DNA from: Planctomycetota bacterium
Lineage (GTDB): Bacteria > Planctomycetota > PLA2 > JAEUHO01
Direction of reading: 5' to 3'
Assembly (NCBI GenBank): GCA_965222115.1
Contig: CBDCTJ010000003.1
Location: forward strand, 128,001-192,000
DNA length: 64,000 nucleotides
Part shown: positions 51,705 through 62,416 of the stretch, one piece after another
Layout of the letters: each line of letters begins with the position of its first letter
Numbering within the stretch: position 1 is the first letter of the stretch
Program-made: the position numbers and the translations under genes
Notes under the pieces: model-generated
What the model saw: the letters and a program-made list of their open reading frames with translations, nothing else
The model's database searches: none
What the model was told of the DNA's origin: nothing

Positions 51705-52295
51705 GTTCCCTCCTCATAGGAAGTATGAAAAAACCAAACGCCCGGAAGATCTGAACCCAACCCACAGGTTGCGAACCAAACCCACGCTCCGACACGCGCC
51801 GAAGCATCCCAACCGAGACGTTTTTCGAAAACTTGCCTCTGACGCTTCGACGCGAGCCGTCGCGAATCAGAAACTTCATCCGTCGCAAAACGGATTGGAC
51901 TGCCAGCCACCGAGACGCTCGATTCACGAGCCCCGGTAACCCTGCCGCCCTCCTTCGTCGCCACAGTGTAGGGTACGTCTTGACAGACGCACACCTTTAC
52001 TCATGGAAACCAGTAGAAGATTCAAGCCCACGTAAGGCCGAAATCAATGGTCGGAAAGCCAAACAAGCAGGCTTCTCGGACGAATTCAGGATCGCCGCGT
52101 CTCCAAAATAAAGCCGCGGCGAAGCCCGTCAGATCGGTCGCTCAGGAGTGAGACTTGAGGGTCTCCAACGGGGCTGTCACCGCTGTGTCATCGACTGCAA
52201 TGTCTTTGCGCTGTTCGTGCGTTCTTGTAGTACTCGGATACGGTCTTCGGCGCCCCAATGCGAGGCATCAATTCGGCCCGGGCGAAGGAGTCCAC

Positions 52296-52562
52296 GTGGA
52301 ACAGATAGCCATTCGCCTCACACAGAACGACACGTGGACGTACCTCGCGGGGGATTCGGATGCGAAGAAGGATCTCGAGGTCGTCGTGCGCGCCTTTGAC
52401 CACGATGCGCTAGCACGAACAGGCGCGTCTCAGACCGCACCTGATGGCGAGGAAGTGCTCGTGCCCGTGGGGCAAGGTCGCCGCCTGATCGGTAAACACT
52501 TCTTCGCCAGGCCCGCTGGAAAACACCGCCGCTGTTTGATTTCTTATCGCGGCATTGAGTAG
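52296..52562 (+). CDS. Small hypothetical protein (88 aa)
   Basis: AAGGAG RBS before GTG 52296, in frame with ORF 52155..52562; precedes the efflux operon. Confidence 0.6.
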   Translation: MEQIAIRLTQNDTWTYLAGDSDAKKDLEVVVRAFDHDALARTGASQTAPDGEEVLVPVGQGRRLIGKHFFARPAGKHRRCLISYRGIE

Positions 52563-52623
52563 TCCGTCCCCGCGTACCGATTCGACACACTAGGGAGACC
52601 TGCCTCCCTACGGAGTCGGTGCT

Positions 52624-54369
52624 GTGCGAAGTCTCCCCTTGCCCGAGTGTTTGCGCGGGTTACTTGTTGCGTTGCTCGCCACCGGTTCATGGGGTTGCCA
52701 GGCGTGGACACCCGCGGCCGCCGATCGCGATGTGTATGGATTGCTTCACCATGCGCGCCAACAGGTACCGGACGTTGCGGGATCGCTGGCGCTGGATCAA
52801 GCGGAACGCGAGGCACGGCCGTATCGCAAAACCTGTGCGCAGCACGTAACGTTGGCGGAAGCGCTGGTTCTTGCCACCAAATCGTCGCGAACGTATCGCA
52901 ATGAACGCGAGTCGGTCTATCTCGCAGCGCTCAATCTGACGCTCGAGCAGAACGCGTTTCGTAAGCAACGATCCGGAAGCGCTTCTCTTGGCCTCGACAT
53001 CGACGAATCAGGTGAAACGCTTGAGGGGGAAGCGCAGTTCGGAGCGAGCAAACGTTGGTCAAATGGCGCGAGCGCAAGCTTCACGAGTCTTACCGACTTC
53101 GTTAAGCAGTTGGCAGAGAACCCCTTAAGCGCCGCACAGATGGTTCTCAATGCCAACTTTACGCTCCCCTTGCTTCGGGGTTCAAGCAAACTGGTGGTGC
53201 GCGAGCCACTCACGCAGGCCGAGCACGAGTTGCTCTACGCGCTTCGTGACTACGCGCGATTTCAGCAAACCTTCACGGTAGATGTTGCGACGCAGTATTA
53301 CCGCATCTTGCAACTCAAAGACATTGCTCGCAATGAGCGCGCATCAGAAGAACGACTTCGACGCTTGGTGGAAGTGCAGACCGACAAAGCAAAAGCGGGT
53401 CGCATTGCACCGTTCCAAGTGGACCAAGCCCGGCAGGACGTTCTACGCGCGCAGGATCGCGTGCAGCGCGCCGACGCCGATTTTCAAAACGCATTGGACG
53501 CGTTCAAGCTCGAGTTGTCCCTGCCGATTTGCGCCAAGCTCGAACTTGACCACAACGAACTTGCCCAGTTGCGTTCACGCGGGTTGCAAGACGCCCCCAT
53601 GCCGCAGCGACGCGCCATTCCCTTGGCATGTCACCATCGATTGGACTTACGGAACGAGCGCAACCGTACGCGCGACGCAAAGCGACAAATCCTCGTCGCA
53701 CGTGACGCGATTCGCGGGCAGTTGGACATTTCGCTTGGACCGCGCCTGGCCACGCCGGATCGCCAACCTTTCAATCTGTTGAATCTCAGTCCGTCGGCAC
53801 TGTTGGGTTTGGAGCTCGACTTGCCCTTGGAACGCACGCAGGAGCGCAACGCATGGCGCCGCGCGTGCCTCGCGGCGGTTCGCGCACGTAGAAGCGAAGA
53901 GCGCCTCAGTGACCAAGTCGTCCTGCAAGTACGTGAGGCCTATCGCCGCATTGAGCGCGCGCGTCGAAGTTTCGATATCCAGAAGGAAGGTGTTGAGGTT
54001 GCCGAACGACGCGTGGAAAGCACAGAGATGCACTTGGAACGTGGCACGGCATCGATTCGCGACCGGCTCGAAGCCGAGGCGTCGTTGGTCCAGGCGCGCA
54101 ATGCGCTAACAAGTGCCCTCGTCGATCACGCATCGATTCGGCTATCGCTCTTGCGCGACATTGGTATCTTGCGTGTGGACGCTGCAGGCCGTTGGGAACA
54201 CGTTCCCCCACCGATCGATGCCCCTGCGGCGGATTCGAAGCAACCCGCGCCAATCGTTCGAAGTGCCGATGTGCCCAATCTCGATGGTGCGCCCTCGCAA
54301 GCACGAGCCCCCCGCTCCGTGCATAGCGAAGGTGATCCCGAAGCGTCATTGGGCACGGCTCGCCGGTAG
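52624..54369 (+). CDS. TolC-family outer membrane efflux lipoprotein
   Basis: Lipobox-like SWGC, TLAEALVLA, LPLLRG, helical OEP repeats; first large gene of the efflux operon. Confidence 0.85.
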   Translation: MRSLPLPECLRGLLVALLATGSWGCQAWTPAAADRDVYGLLHHARQQVPDVAGSLALDQAEREARPYRKTCAQHVTLAEALVLATKSSRTYRNERESVYLAALNLTLEQNAFRKQRSGSASLGLDIDESGETLEGEAQFGASKRWSNGASASFTSLTDFVKQLAENPLSAAQMVLNANFTLPLLRGSSKLVVREPLTQAEHELLYALRDYARFQQTFTVDVATQYYRILQLKDIARNERASEERLRRLVEVQTDKAKAGRIAPFQVDQARQDVLRAQDRVQRADADFQNALDAFKLELSLPICAKLELDHNELAQLRSRGLQDAPMPQRRAIPLACHHRLDLRNERNRTRDAKRQILVARDAIRGQLDISLGPRLATPDRQPFNLLNLSPSALLGLELDLPLERTQERNAWRRACLAAVRARRSEERLSDQVVLQVREAYRRIERARRSFDIQKEGVEVAERRVESTEMHLERGTASIRDRLEAEASLVQARNALTSALVDHASIRLSLLRDIGILRVDAAGRWEHVPPPIDAPAADSKQPAPIVRSADVPNLDGAPSQARAPRSVHSEGDPEASLGTARR

Positions 54370-54372
54370 AGT

Positions 54373-56274
54373 GTGGGGATGCCGCCCTCGTTTCCTTATC
54401 GCTTCGCCCACGCACCCCATCGTTCCGGTCCCCCACGCCGTTCGCACACGACGTGGTTGACGTCTGAATATGGTGGCGCTCGACTGGGCCTCTTGGCACT
54501 CGCACTTTTGGCCGGATGTGGATTTGGCGCATGGTGGCTCATGCGTGACGGCACGGCTGCCGAACGGTCCACGTTGTCGTTCACGCCACCGATCGCGCCG
54601 CGCGCGGTAACACTCAACGTGATTGAAAGTGGCAGCCTCGAAGCGTTGAAGTTTCACCGCGTAACCAGCGAAGTGGAGTCGCGCGTTGAAGTGACCTATA
54701 TCGCGCCCGAGGGCAAGATCATTACCGACGAAGACGTACGCAACAAGGTTGTGCTTGTGCGACTCGATGGTTCGACCATTGAAGAAAAGTTACTCGCTCA
54801 AGAGAGCAACGTCATCACTGCCCAAGCAAACTACGACAATGCGATCGCGAGTCGCGATATACAAGTTCAACAGAACGCCAGCGACATTCGCAAGGCGCGC
54901 CTGGATGTTCGTTTCGCACGATTGGACGTCGAGCGCTACGTGGGTACAGCGGCCTGGGAAGACCTTTCCGCGATCCAGGAAATGTCGAAGACCACCGACG
55001 GCGACACATCCACCAAAGGCAATGTGTCTACGGCAAGCGAAAACCTCTTGTCCGCAATCGAGGGGTTGTTGAGTCGCAAGGAACTTGATGGCGAAGCACT
55101 GCAGAAGACGCGCGAACTCGACAGCGCGATTTCACTTGCCCAAGAAGAACACTCCCGCGCCGATGACAAACTCAAGTACTCGGAACGCTTGGAAAAGAAG
55201 GGCTTCATTAGCCGTGATGAACTCCAGGCCGACCGGCTTGCCTTACAGCGTCGGGCGATTGAGTTGGAGTCGGCCAAGACCGCGCGCAATCAGTTCGTAC
55301 GCTACGACTTTCCGAAAGAAGTCGAGCAGTTGCTATCGGATGTATCCGCGGCCGAGGACGCCTTGGCACGCGCCATCGCGAAAGCCAAGTCCGCACGTCG
55401 TCGCGTGGAAGCCGACGTGCAAAACGATCTCACACAGGTCAAGCAACAGACGCGGCGGCGGGATCGCTTCAAGCAGCAACTTGAGCATTGCGAGATTCGG
55501 GCGACCAAGCCGGGGCTTGTGGTGTATGCCAGCAGCGGCAGGGGGCGATGGGGACGCGACGAAGACGAGATTCGAGAAGGCGCCACCGTGCGTCATCGGC
55601 AGACGTTGATTCGCATTCCTGACCCCAAGCGAATGGGCGTTGAAACCACGGTGCACGAAACCGTCGTGGATCGCGTCAAAGTCGGACAACGGGCTTTCGT
55701 CGTGGTCGATGCCGATCCCAATACGCGCCTGAACGCAAGAGTCATCAAAGTGGCGCGTATGCCCAAGCCACCGAACCGGTGGATCAACCCCGATTTGAAA
55801 GTGTATGAAACCACGCTGGAACTCGAGGGCACGCACCCCGAGCTAAAACCTGGCATGAGCGTACAAGTTGAGATTGTGACGCGCACGTTGGACGAGGTGC
55901 TTGCGATTCCAATTCAGTGCCTTGCAGGGCCTGTTGAAACGCCACATGTATATGTTCGACGTACGGACGCCGACGGGCACGAAGCGACGAAGAAGCAACC
56001 CGTTACGCCAGGGCCAACGACCGAGCATCTCGTTGTGATTGAGAGCGGATTGCAGTCGGGGCAACAGGTGTTGCTCAATCCGCCAGAAGAGAAGGCCGAA
56101 GAAAAGAACGTGAATTCGGATAGGCGCGACGCACGACCGCGAGGCGATGGTAAGCGTGCGAACGAAAAGGGGCCCGGCGCCAATACGTCGGGCTCCAGTA
56201 GGCATATGCCGCGAAAGAAGTCCACGCCCGGCGAAACGTCTGGCAAAGGCAAGCCCGCCCGGACGCGGGAGTAG
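54373..56274 (+). CDS. Membrane fusion protein (HlyD/MacA-like) with very long coiled coil
   Basis: TM anchor, ESGSLEA lipoyl half, IRATKPGLVVY, LKPGMS, GL.SG..V. Start uncertain. Confidence 0.88.
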   Translation: MGMPPSFPYRFAHAPHRSGPPRRSHTTWLTSEYGGARLGLLALALLAGCGFGAWWLMRDGTAAERSTLSFTPPIAPRAVTLNVIESGSLEALKFHRVTSEVESRVEVTYIAPEGKIITDEDVRNKVVLVRLDGSTIEEKLLAQESNVITAQANYDNAIASRDIQVQQNASDIRKARLDVRFARLDVERYVGTAAWEDLSAIQEMSKTTDGDTSTKGNVSTASENLLSAIEGLLSRKELDGEALQKTRELDSAISLAQEEHSRADDKLKYSERLEKKGFISRDELQADRLALQRRAIELESAKTARNQFVRYDFPKEVEQLLSDVSAAEDALARAIAKAKSARRRVEADVQNDLTQVKQQTRRRDRFKQQLEHCEIRATKPGLVVYASSGRGRWGRDEDEIREGATVRHRQTLIRIPDPKRMGVETTVHETVVDRVKVGQRAFVVVDADPNTRLNARVIKVARMPKPPNRWINPDLKVYETTLELEGTHPELKPGMSVQVEIVTRTLDEVLAIPIQCLAGPVETPHVYVRRTDADGHEATKKQPVTPGPTTEHLVVIESGLQSGQQVLLNPPEEKAEEKNVNSDRRDARPRGDGKRANEKGPGANTSGSSRHMPRKKSTPGETSGKGKPARTRE

Positions 56275-56283
56275 TTCCCACAC

Positions 56284-57003
56284 ATGGCGGAAACGTCGCT
56301 ACCGATTGCGCCCGCCACGACCGACGTGGTTGCACTTGTGGATGCCCGTCGCACCTATGCAATGGGTGACAGCGAAGTACACGCACTCGATGGCGTCAAT
56401 CTGACCGTGCCACCAGGCGAGTACCTCGCCATTATGGGACAGTCCGGATCCGGCAAGAGCACCATGCTCAACATTCTTGGTTGTTTGGATCGACTGACAA
56501 GCGGGCACTATCGTTTGGATGGCAACGACGTGAGCGCGCTCGACGACAGCAGTCTGTCGCGTATGCGCAATCGACGGCTCGGTTTCGTATTTCAGTCCTA
56601 CAACTTAATCCCTCACCTAACGGTTCTCGAAAACATCGAAGTCCCTATGGAATACGCGGCCGTATCACGCAGTGCCGCCCGTGCACGCGCGATCGAACTC
56701 GCCACCCGCATGGGACTCGATCAACGCATGCGTCACCGCCCCACCGAACTCTCGGGCGGCCAGCAACAGCGTGTGGCCATTGCCCGTGCCCTGGCGAACG
56801 CACCGTCGGTGATCCTTGCCGATGAACCCACCGGCAACCTGGACTCCGCCACAGGCCGCGAAATTTTGAATCTACTCGATGACTTGAGTACGGCGGGCAA
56901 CACGCTGATCGTTGTGACGCACGATCCAAGTGTGGCGGCCCACGCACACCGCACCATTCACATGCTCGACGGGCGCATCGACCGCGAAGAGAGGCGTTCA
57001 TGA
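56284..57003 (+). CDS. ABC transporter ATPase (MacB/LolD type)
   Basis: [29 protein letters not shown]. Confidence 0.95.
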   Translation: MAETSLPIAPATTDVVALVDARRTYAMGDSEVHALDGVNLTVPPGEYLAIMGQSGSGKSTMLNILGCLDRLTSGHYRLDGNDVSALDDSSLSRMRNRRLGFVFQSYNLIPHLTVLENIEVPMEYAAVSRSAARARAIELATRMGLDQRMRHRPTELSGGQQQRVAIARALANAPSVILADEPTGNLDSATGREILNLLDDLSTAGNTLIVVTHDPSVAAHAHRTIHMLDGRIDREERRS

Positions 57004-58271
57004 GACTCGGGCGACTGTTTCGCTTGGCGTGCAAGAGCCTGTGGCTGCACCGCTTGCGCTCACTACTCACGGTGTTGGGCATTGTCTTCGGCGTGGGCAG
57101 CGTCGTCGCCATGTTGGCCATCGGCGAGGGCGCCAGCCAAGAGGCACAAGAACAGATTCGCCGCATGGGCAGTCGCAACATATTGCTTGCATCGGTACCG
57201 CCTCCCGATGAAGGCGACGCGTCGCAGGAGAACTCGCGAGTAAGTGCGTATGGACTGCTGCAGAGTGATCTGGAGGGCATGCGCGAGACCATTCAGGGCA
57301 TTCGGCGCTTTGTGCCACGGCGCGACATCCCCTCCGAGGCGCGCTACGGGCGTCGAAAGTTCAATACGGTCATCATGGGCACCACCCATGACTACGTAGA
57401 ACTCGCCAACCTCCAATTGGCGACCGGACGCTTTCTCAATGCCCGTGATGCTGCCTATCGCGCCTCCGTGTGCGTGTTGGGAGCCAGCGTGCGCGACGCA
57501 TTGTTCAAGAACATCGATCCCGTGGGACTTCAGCTTCGTATCGGTCGCAACAGTTTTCGAATTGTGGGTACGCTTGAAACGCGCGGCGAAGGGACCGGCG
57601 CCACGGCGGGCTACGGCGGCGAGTCGGATGCGGCCGTGTTCATTCCATTGGAGACCATGAAGCGGCGCTACGGCCAAGTCATTCGACACAACTCAAGCGG
57701 AAGTTGGACGCGCGAACGCATCGAATTGCATCGCATCACCGTTGAATCCGAAAGTGACCACGAGGATGACATTGCCCGCACCGCGGCAGCGCTTCGACAT
57801 TTCCTCAAAGGTCGTCATCCGAAGAACGATGTGCGCGTCACCGTTCCGCAAGAACTGCTGCGACAAGCGCGTGAAACGAAACGGCGCTTCACGATTATCT
57901 TGGGTTCCATCGCTGCCATCTCGTTGCTCGTGGGTGGGATCGGCATTATGAACATCATGCTCGCCACCGTGGTTGAACGAACACGCGAAGTGGGTGTGCG
58001 GCGAGCGCTCGGTGCGCGACGAAGTCACATTATTGCGCAATTCCTCTCTGAAACGGTGTTGCTCTCCATTGGCGGCGGCCTGCTTGGATTGGCGCTGGGG
58101 GTTGCACTACCCAAACTCGTCACCAAGTTCTTTCACATGGCCACCGTTGTGGATCCCCGCTTCCTCATTCTTGCTTTCGGCATTTCGGCGCTCGTGGGCT
58201 TGGTCTTCGGTATGTATCCGGCAATTCGCGCGGCGGACTTGGATCCCGTGGAAGCGTTGCGACACGAGTAG
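57000..58271 (+). CDS. ABC permease (MacB/FtsX type)
   Basis: RSLLTVLGI, SLLVGGIGIMNIML..V.ERTRE.G.R.ALGA, DPVEALRHE. Confidence 0.95.
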   Translation: MRLGRLFRLACKSLWLHRLRSLLTVLGIVFGVGSVVAMLAIGEGASQEAQEQIRRMGSRNILLASVPPPDEGDASQENSRVSAYGLLQSDLEGMRETIQGIRRFVPRRDIPSEARYGRRKFNTVIMGTTHDYVELANLQLATGRFLNARDAAYRASVCVLGASVRDALFKNIDPVGLQLRIGRNSFRIVGTLETRGEGTGATAGYGGESDAAVFIPLETMKRRYGQVIRHNSSGSWTRERIELHRITVESESDHEDDIARTAAALRHFLKGRHPKNDVRVTVPQELLRQARETKRRFTIILGSIAAISLLVGGIGIMNIMLATVVERTREVGVRRALGARRSHIIAQFLSETVLLSIGGGLLGLALGVALPKLVTKFFHMATVVDPRFLILAFGISALVGLVFGMYPAIRAADLDPVEALRHE

Positions 58272-58273
58272 CG

Positions 58274-59740
58274 TTACTTGGTCAAACTCATACGCAACAC
58301 ACGCACCAACTCATTGGCCACTACCTCGTGACCTGCAGGGGACCAATGTTGATCATAGGTAAAGTACGTCTGCATGCCCTCTTGCGTAGCACCACGCAGC
58401 GGCTCCGTAAGTGATACAAACGAAATTTCGTTCCGCTCGCAGAACGTGCGAGTGGTGTCTTCCAGTGTGTCAAGATTGTCGTTCACGACGTCCTTTACCA
58501 ACGAAACATCTGGCGCGTTGCGCGTTTGATAAGAGAGAAAACGGTGAAGTGATGCCGCGTCAACGCTGTCGGCCACCAGGGGATACACCACGTGTGGCTT
58601 GCTGGGCGCGTAGAGCAGATGCAATGAACACGCATGGGCATCACACAGTGCTTTGAGACGCGCAAACGCACCGGCCGTATCAGTCCAACCGCGGCTCGCA
58701 CGGAACGCATCCGGTGTCTTCATGAGGCGCAGGAGGCGCTTCGGTTTGTAGCTGTAATAGGCGGTTCGTTGCTGGGAAGAGACTCGGTGCGGCATCCAGT
58801 CGAGTCCGTGCCAACCGCCGACCATCGAGTTCGCCCCAACGCCGCCTAACGATGAGATCGCTGCGCGCTTGAGTCCAAGATAGATCGCCGACGTTTCGAC
58901 AATTCGTTCGAGCCGCGCTGACAACGAAGGTGTTGCTCGGTCGCCCGTGCGACGCGATCCCTTGAAGTCGTTGCCTTCATACACCATCAGCAAAACGTGC
59001 TTCGGTCGTAGCGTCTCGATGTGCGCCTCAAGCGCGGCGATTGCACCATCCGGATTGGCGCCTGAAATCGCGAGGTTGTATAGCGACACGCCCAATGTAC
59101 TCGCTAGGCGCCGCGGCCAGGTTGCCTCATCCGATACGCGCGATCCCTCCGCAAAGGAATCCCCAAGCACGACTACGTCGTAGCCTTCCGTGGGCGCCTC
59201 CGCGTGTTGGAGATTTCGAAATCCTCGTTCGTCCGTCGTGAGCGTGGCCTCGACCGTGCCATAGCCATCTGGAGCGTTGGGGTAGCTGCGCCGCGCTTCG
59301 GGTCGGTCCGTGTAGGTAACTTCGTATCGTCTGTTGGGTGGTCGCGAACGATACGTCGATAGCACGTGATCCCGTGGCCAATGGTCCATTTGTGCAACGG
59401 ACGACGTAACGTAGCGCGGTTTGCGCAGCATTCGTCCAACCACCTCAACCGCCACCACTCCGATGACCAATGCGAAGATCAGCGCAATCAACCGAAATGC
59501 AATCTGCCGACGCGACTTGGTCTTCCTCAACCACCAACACCATGCAGCGATTAGAAAGAATGGCGTGGTTAGGCATGCGAGCACGAGAAAGTGATTGACG
59601 TGATAGGCGTTGAGAATCACAGGCTCTTGGCGCGCAATCAACGCGGCCACATCGCTCGTGAAAAACCAAGGCGCTACGGCTCCGACGAGCGATAGCAACA
59701 CCATCCACGTGCATCGCGAACGATGATCCATGCGTGCCAT
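58274..59740 (-). CDS. Membrane-anchored SGNH/AlgX-like acetyltransferase or esterase
   Basis: N-terminal TMs, GDSF, EGND, DQHWS.AGH. Confidence 0.8.
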   Translation of the reverse strand: MARMDHRSRCTWMVLLSLVGAVAPWFFTSDVAALIARQEPVILNAYHVNHFLVLACLTTPFFLIAAWCWWLRKTKSRRQIAFRLIALIFALVIGVVAVEVVGRMLRKPRYVTSSVAQMDHWPRDHVLSTYRSRPPNRRYEVTYTDRPEARRSYPNAPDGYGTVEATLTTDERGFRNLQHAEAPTEGYDVVVLGDSFAEGSRVSDEATWPRRLASTLGVSLYNLAISGANPDGAIAALEAHIETLRPKHVLLMVYEGNDFKGSRRTGDRATPSLSARLERIVETSAIYLGLKRAAISSLGGVGANSMVGGWHGLDWMPHRVSSQQRTAYYSYKPKRLLRLMKTPDAFRASRGWTDTAGAFARLKALCDAHACSLHLLYAPSKPHVVYPLVADSVDAASLHRFLSYQTRNAPDVSLVKDVVNDNLDTLEDTTRTFCERNEISFVSLTEPLRGATQEGMQTYFTYDQHWSPAGHEVVANELVRVLRMSLTK

Positions 59741-59744
59741 TCTG

Positions 59745-59969
59745 TTAAAAGAGCGGATAGAGGAAGGGACCGACGCCTGCGCCCGCCATGACCACCAGCA
59801 CACCCAACACGCCAATGACGAGGAGTAGCGGGAGCAGCCACCACTTCTTGTTGTGTTTCAGGAACGCCCAAAACTCGGACAGCACGCCCTGTCGTTCGCC
59901 CTCCGCGAGTGCGGCGAAGTCGTCATGGGGTGCAGACTCGTCTTCAGTTGGCGTCGATTGCTCGGTCAT
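59745..59969 (-). CDS. DUF5989 (SxtK-like) small membrane protein
   Basis: EFWAFLKHNKKWWLLP...PFLYPLF. Confidence 0.88.
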   Translation of the reverse strand: MTEQSTPTEDESAPHDDFAALAEGERQGVLSEFWAFLKHNKKWWLLPLLLVIGVLGVLVVMAGAGVGPFLYPLF

Positions 59970-60032
59970 CGTGTCCTCGATTGCGTTCTAGTTTCCCCGC
60001 CGCCACGGGCACGCGAAGAGAATTTGGCCGAT

Positions 60033-60452
60033 TCAAAACTGACGAAAGTAGCGCCGCAGGTCGCCTACGGATTCGCGTGGTACCCAGTAGGTTTCTGCCT
60101 GGGGATCCAAGCGCCGCGTCAAGGCATCGCGCCCCATAAGTCGAAAGACAAGTCCCAGCGGTGTCATCAAACCAAAATAGATGAATCCCAAGACGAGATA
60201 GGAGATCACGAGTCCTATAGGAAACGTCAACACCGTCAGCGCGAGGTAGAGCGGCAGATTCCACTTCGGTGCGATCCATGCACACAGCGCGCAGAACAGT
60301 GCAAGCCCGCCAGCCGTCCATGGCAGCCACCCCGGCGACCAGCCCTTCAAGGCGGCCCATGCAGCGAGGCCCCCAAAGAAAGCGGCCCCCACCGCGCTAA
60401 AGCGCCGAAGCATGGTGGTGCCGGGATTCCAATCTATGTCGATCATCGCCAT
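60033..60452 (-). CDS. SxtJ-family membrane protein
   Basis: LRRF, PIGLVIS...YFGLMTPLGLVFR..GRD.L, TYW, RQF C-terminus. Confidence 0.88.
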   Translation of the reverse strand: MAMIDIDWNPGTTMLRRFSAVGAAFFGGLAAWAALKGWSPGWLPWTAGGLALFCALCAWIAPKWNLPLYLALTVLTFPIGLVISYLVLGFIYFGLMTPLGLVFRLMGRDALTRRLDPQAETYWVPRESVGDLRRYFRQF

Positions 60453-60457
60453 TGGGG

Positions 60458-62281
60458 CTAGTCCAGTGCAAAAGTTGAGGGGAGCGCGTGACTCGTTACG
60501 AGTTCCTGCGGTTGCCGATCCTTCCGCAAGACCGCACGACCCAAGACCAGTACGTCCATGTGCGTCGCCAGGAAGCAACGCAGCGCGTCGGCCGGAGTAC
60601 ATACAATGGGTTCGCCGCGCACATTGAAGCTCGTGTTGATCAACATGGGGCAGCCCGTGAGGTGTTCAAACGCCTTCAAGATGGCCCAATAGCGGGGATT
60701 ACGGGCCTGATCCACCGTCTGCACGCGCGCCGACCCGTCCACATGCGTGATGGCGGGCACGTCGGAGCGAACCTGCTTGAGCTTGTCAAAGCCTCGTGCG
60801 TGTTCTTCGACGCGGTGTCGCTTATCCGCATGAACCGGAGCGACAAGTAGCATGTAGGGACTCTCGTGGCGCGCGTCCAACTCGAACCACGAGGCTGCGG
60901 CGTCCCGCAGCACACTCGGCGCAAAGGGTCGAAACGACTCTCGAAACTTGATCTTTCGATTGATCAACGACTGCATCTTTGGCGAACGCGGGTCCCCCAA
61001 AATGCTCCGATTGCCGAGCGCCCGGGGGCCAAACTCCATGCGGCCATGCATGTGCCCAACCACATGACCGTCGGCAATAGCCTGCGCGACGTGTTCGGCA
61101 AGGGCATCCTCGGTGTCGATCACATCGAAGACGGCTCCTGCTTCGCGCAACGTGTGCTCGATCTCGTGCTGATCGTAGGACGGGCCCAAGAGCGATGCGT
61201 GTTGCTGATCGGGGAGCATCACCGTTCTTGGCTTGTTCAGCAGTTGATACCAAACGAAGAGCGCCGCACCAAGCGCCCCGCCCGCATCGCCGGACGCCGG
61301 TTGAATCCAAACGCGATCAAACGGTCCTTCTCGAATGATACGCCCGTTGCCTACACAGTTCAGGGCCACACCGCCCGCGAGTACAAGGTTGGGCGACCCT
61401 GTCATGTCATGCGCGTGCCTTGCCGAACGCAACATGATGTCTTCGGTCACGCATTGCACACTCGCGGCCAAGTCCATCTCACGCTGCGTCATACGCGATT
61501 CGGGGGCACGCGCCGGACCGCCAAACAACTTCGCAAACCGCTTGTTGGTCATAAACGGCGTGTTCAAGTAGCCAAAATACTTCATGTCGAGACGAAAGGA
61601 ACCGTCTGGACGCAAGTCGATCAAATGGTCGCGAATCACCTGTTCGTAGCGCGGCTCCCCGTAGGGCGCCAAACCCATGAGTTTGTATTCGCCGCTGTTC
61701 ACCTTGAAGCCACAAAACCACGTAAACGCAGAGTACAACAATCCGACCGAGTGTGGAAAGCGAAGCTCCTTCAATAGCCGGATTCGATTTCCCGTGCCGT
61801 GGCCAATGCTCCCGGTGGCCCACTCCCCCACTCCATCCAATGTGAGAATCGCCGCGTCGTCAAATGGCGACGGGAAATAGGCACTGGCGGCGTGCGATTC
61901 ATGATGTTCCGTGAATACATAGCGCCCTTGAAACGCCTTGTTTAAACCGCGATCGAGCGCGGCGGGTGTCCGCAGCTTTCGCTTCAACCACACGGGCAAG
62001 CCGCGTTGAAACATGCGAAACCCGCGAGGCGCCGTCGCGACCCAGGTCTCCAACAAGCGCTCAAACTTCGTAAGCGGTTTGTCGTAAAACGCGACATGGT
62101 CAAGGGCATCGGCAGCGATGCCGGCTTCGTCCAAAACGTACTGAACCGCGTGCGCAGGAAACGCGTCGTCGTGCTTCTTGCGGGTAAAGCGCTCCTCTTG
62201 TGCAGCGGCCACCACCACACCATCGCGAACCAAGCACGCCGCGCTATCGTGGTAGAAGGCTGAGATGCCTAAGATGTTCAC
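60458..62281 (-). CDS. O-carbamoyltransferase (NodU/CmcH/SxtI family)
   Basis: GISAFYHDSAA, EERFTR.KH, HHESHAASA, EYKLMGLAPYG, GGVALN, EFGPRALGNRS, RESFRPFAP, NTSFN. GTG start at 62281. Confidence 0.95.
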   Translation of the reverse strand: MNILGISAFYHDSAACLVRDGVVVAAAQEERFTRKKHDDAFPAHAVQYVLDEAGIAADALDHVAFYDKPLTKFERLLETWVATAPRGFRMFQRGLPVWLKRKLRTPAALDRGLNKAFQGRYVFTEHHESHAASAYFPSPFDDAAILTLDGVGEWATGSIGHGTGNRIRLLKELRFPHSVGLLYSAFTWFCGFKVNSGEYKLMGLAPYGEPRYEQVIRDHLIDLRPDGSFRLDMKYFGYLNTPFMTNKRFAKLFGGPARAPESRMTQREMDLAASVQCVTEDIMLRSARHAHDMTGSPNLVLAGGVALNCVGNGRIIREGPFDRVWIQPASGDAGGALGAALFVWYQLLNKPRTVMLPDQQHASLLGPSYDQHEIEHTLREAGAVFDVIDTEDALAEHVAQAIADGHVVGHMHGRMEFGPRALGNRSILGDPRSPKMQSLINRKIKFRESFRPFAPSVLRDAAASWFELDARHESPYMLLVAPVHADKRHRVEEHARGFDKLKQVRSDVPAITHVDGSARVQTVDQARNPRYWAILKAFEHLTGCPMLINTSFNVRGEPIVCTPADALRCFLATHMDVLVLGRAVLRKDRQPQELVTSHALPSTFALD

Positions 62282-62416
62282 AGGCTGTCCATTGGCGGAG
62301 TGGTCCTTGGTGTCGCAGCGAAGGTGCCGGTAGATGTAGACGCACCTTTTACCCGCAAAGTGCGCAATGCCTCGCGCGGAGTTGTCGCAGATTCGGCAAC
62401 TCGATACAGTCGCACG

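Noticed and set aside
58274-62281. Saxitoxin biosynthesis cluster
   Set aside because: Only sxtI/J/K-like genes are present; there is no sxtA, sxtG or other core gene.
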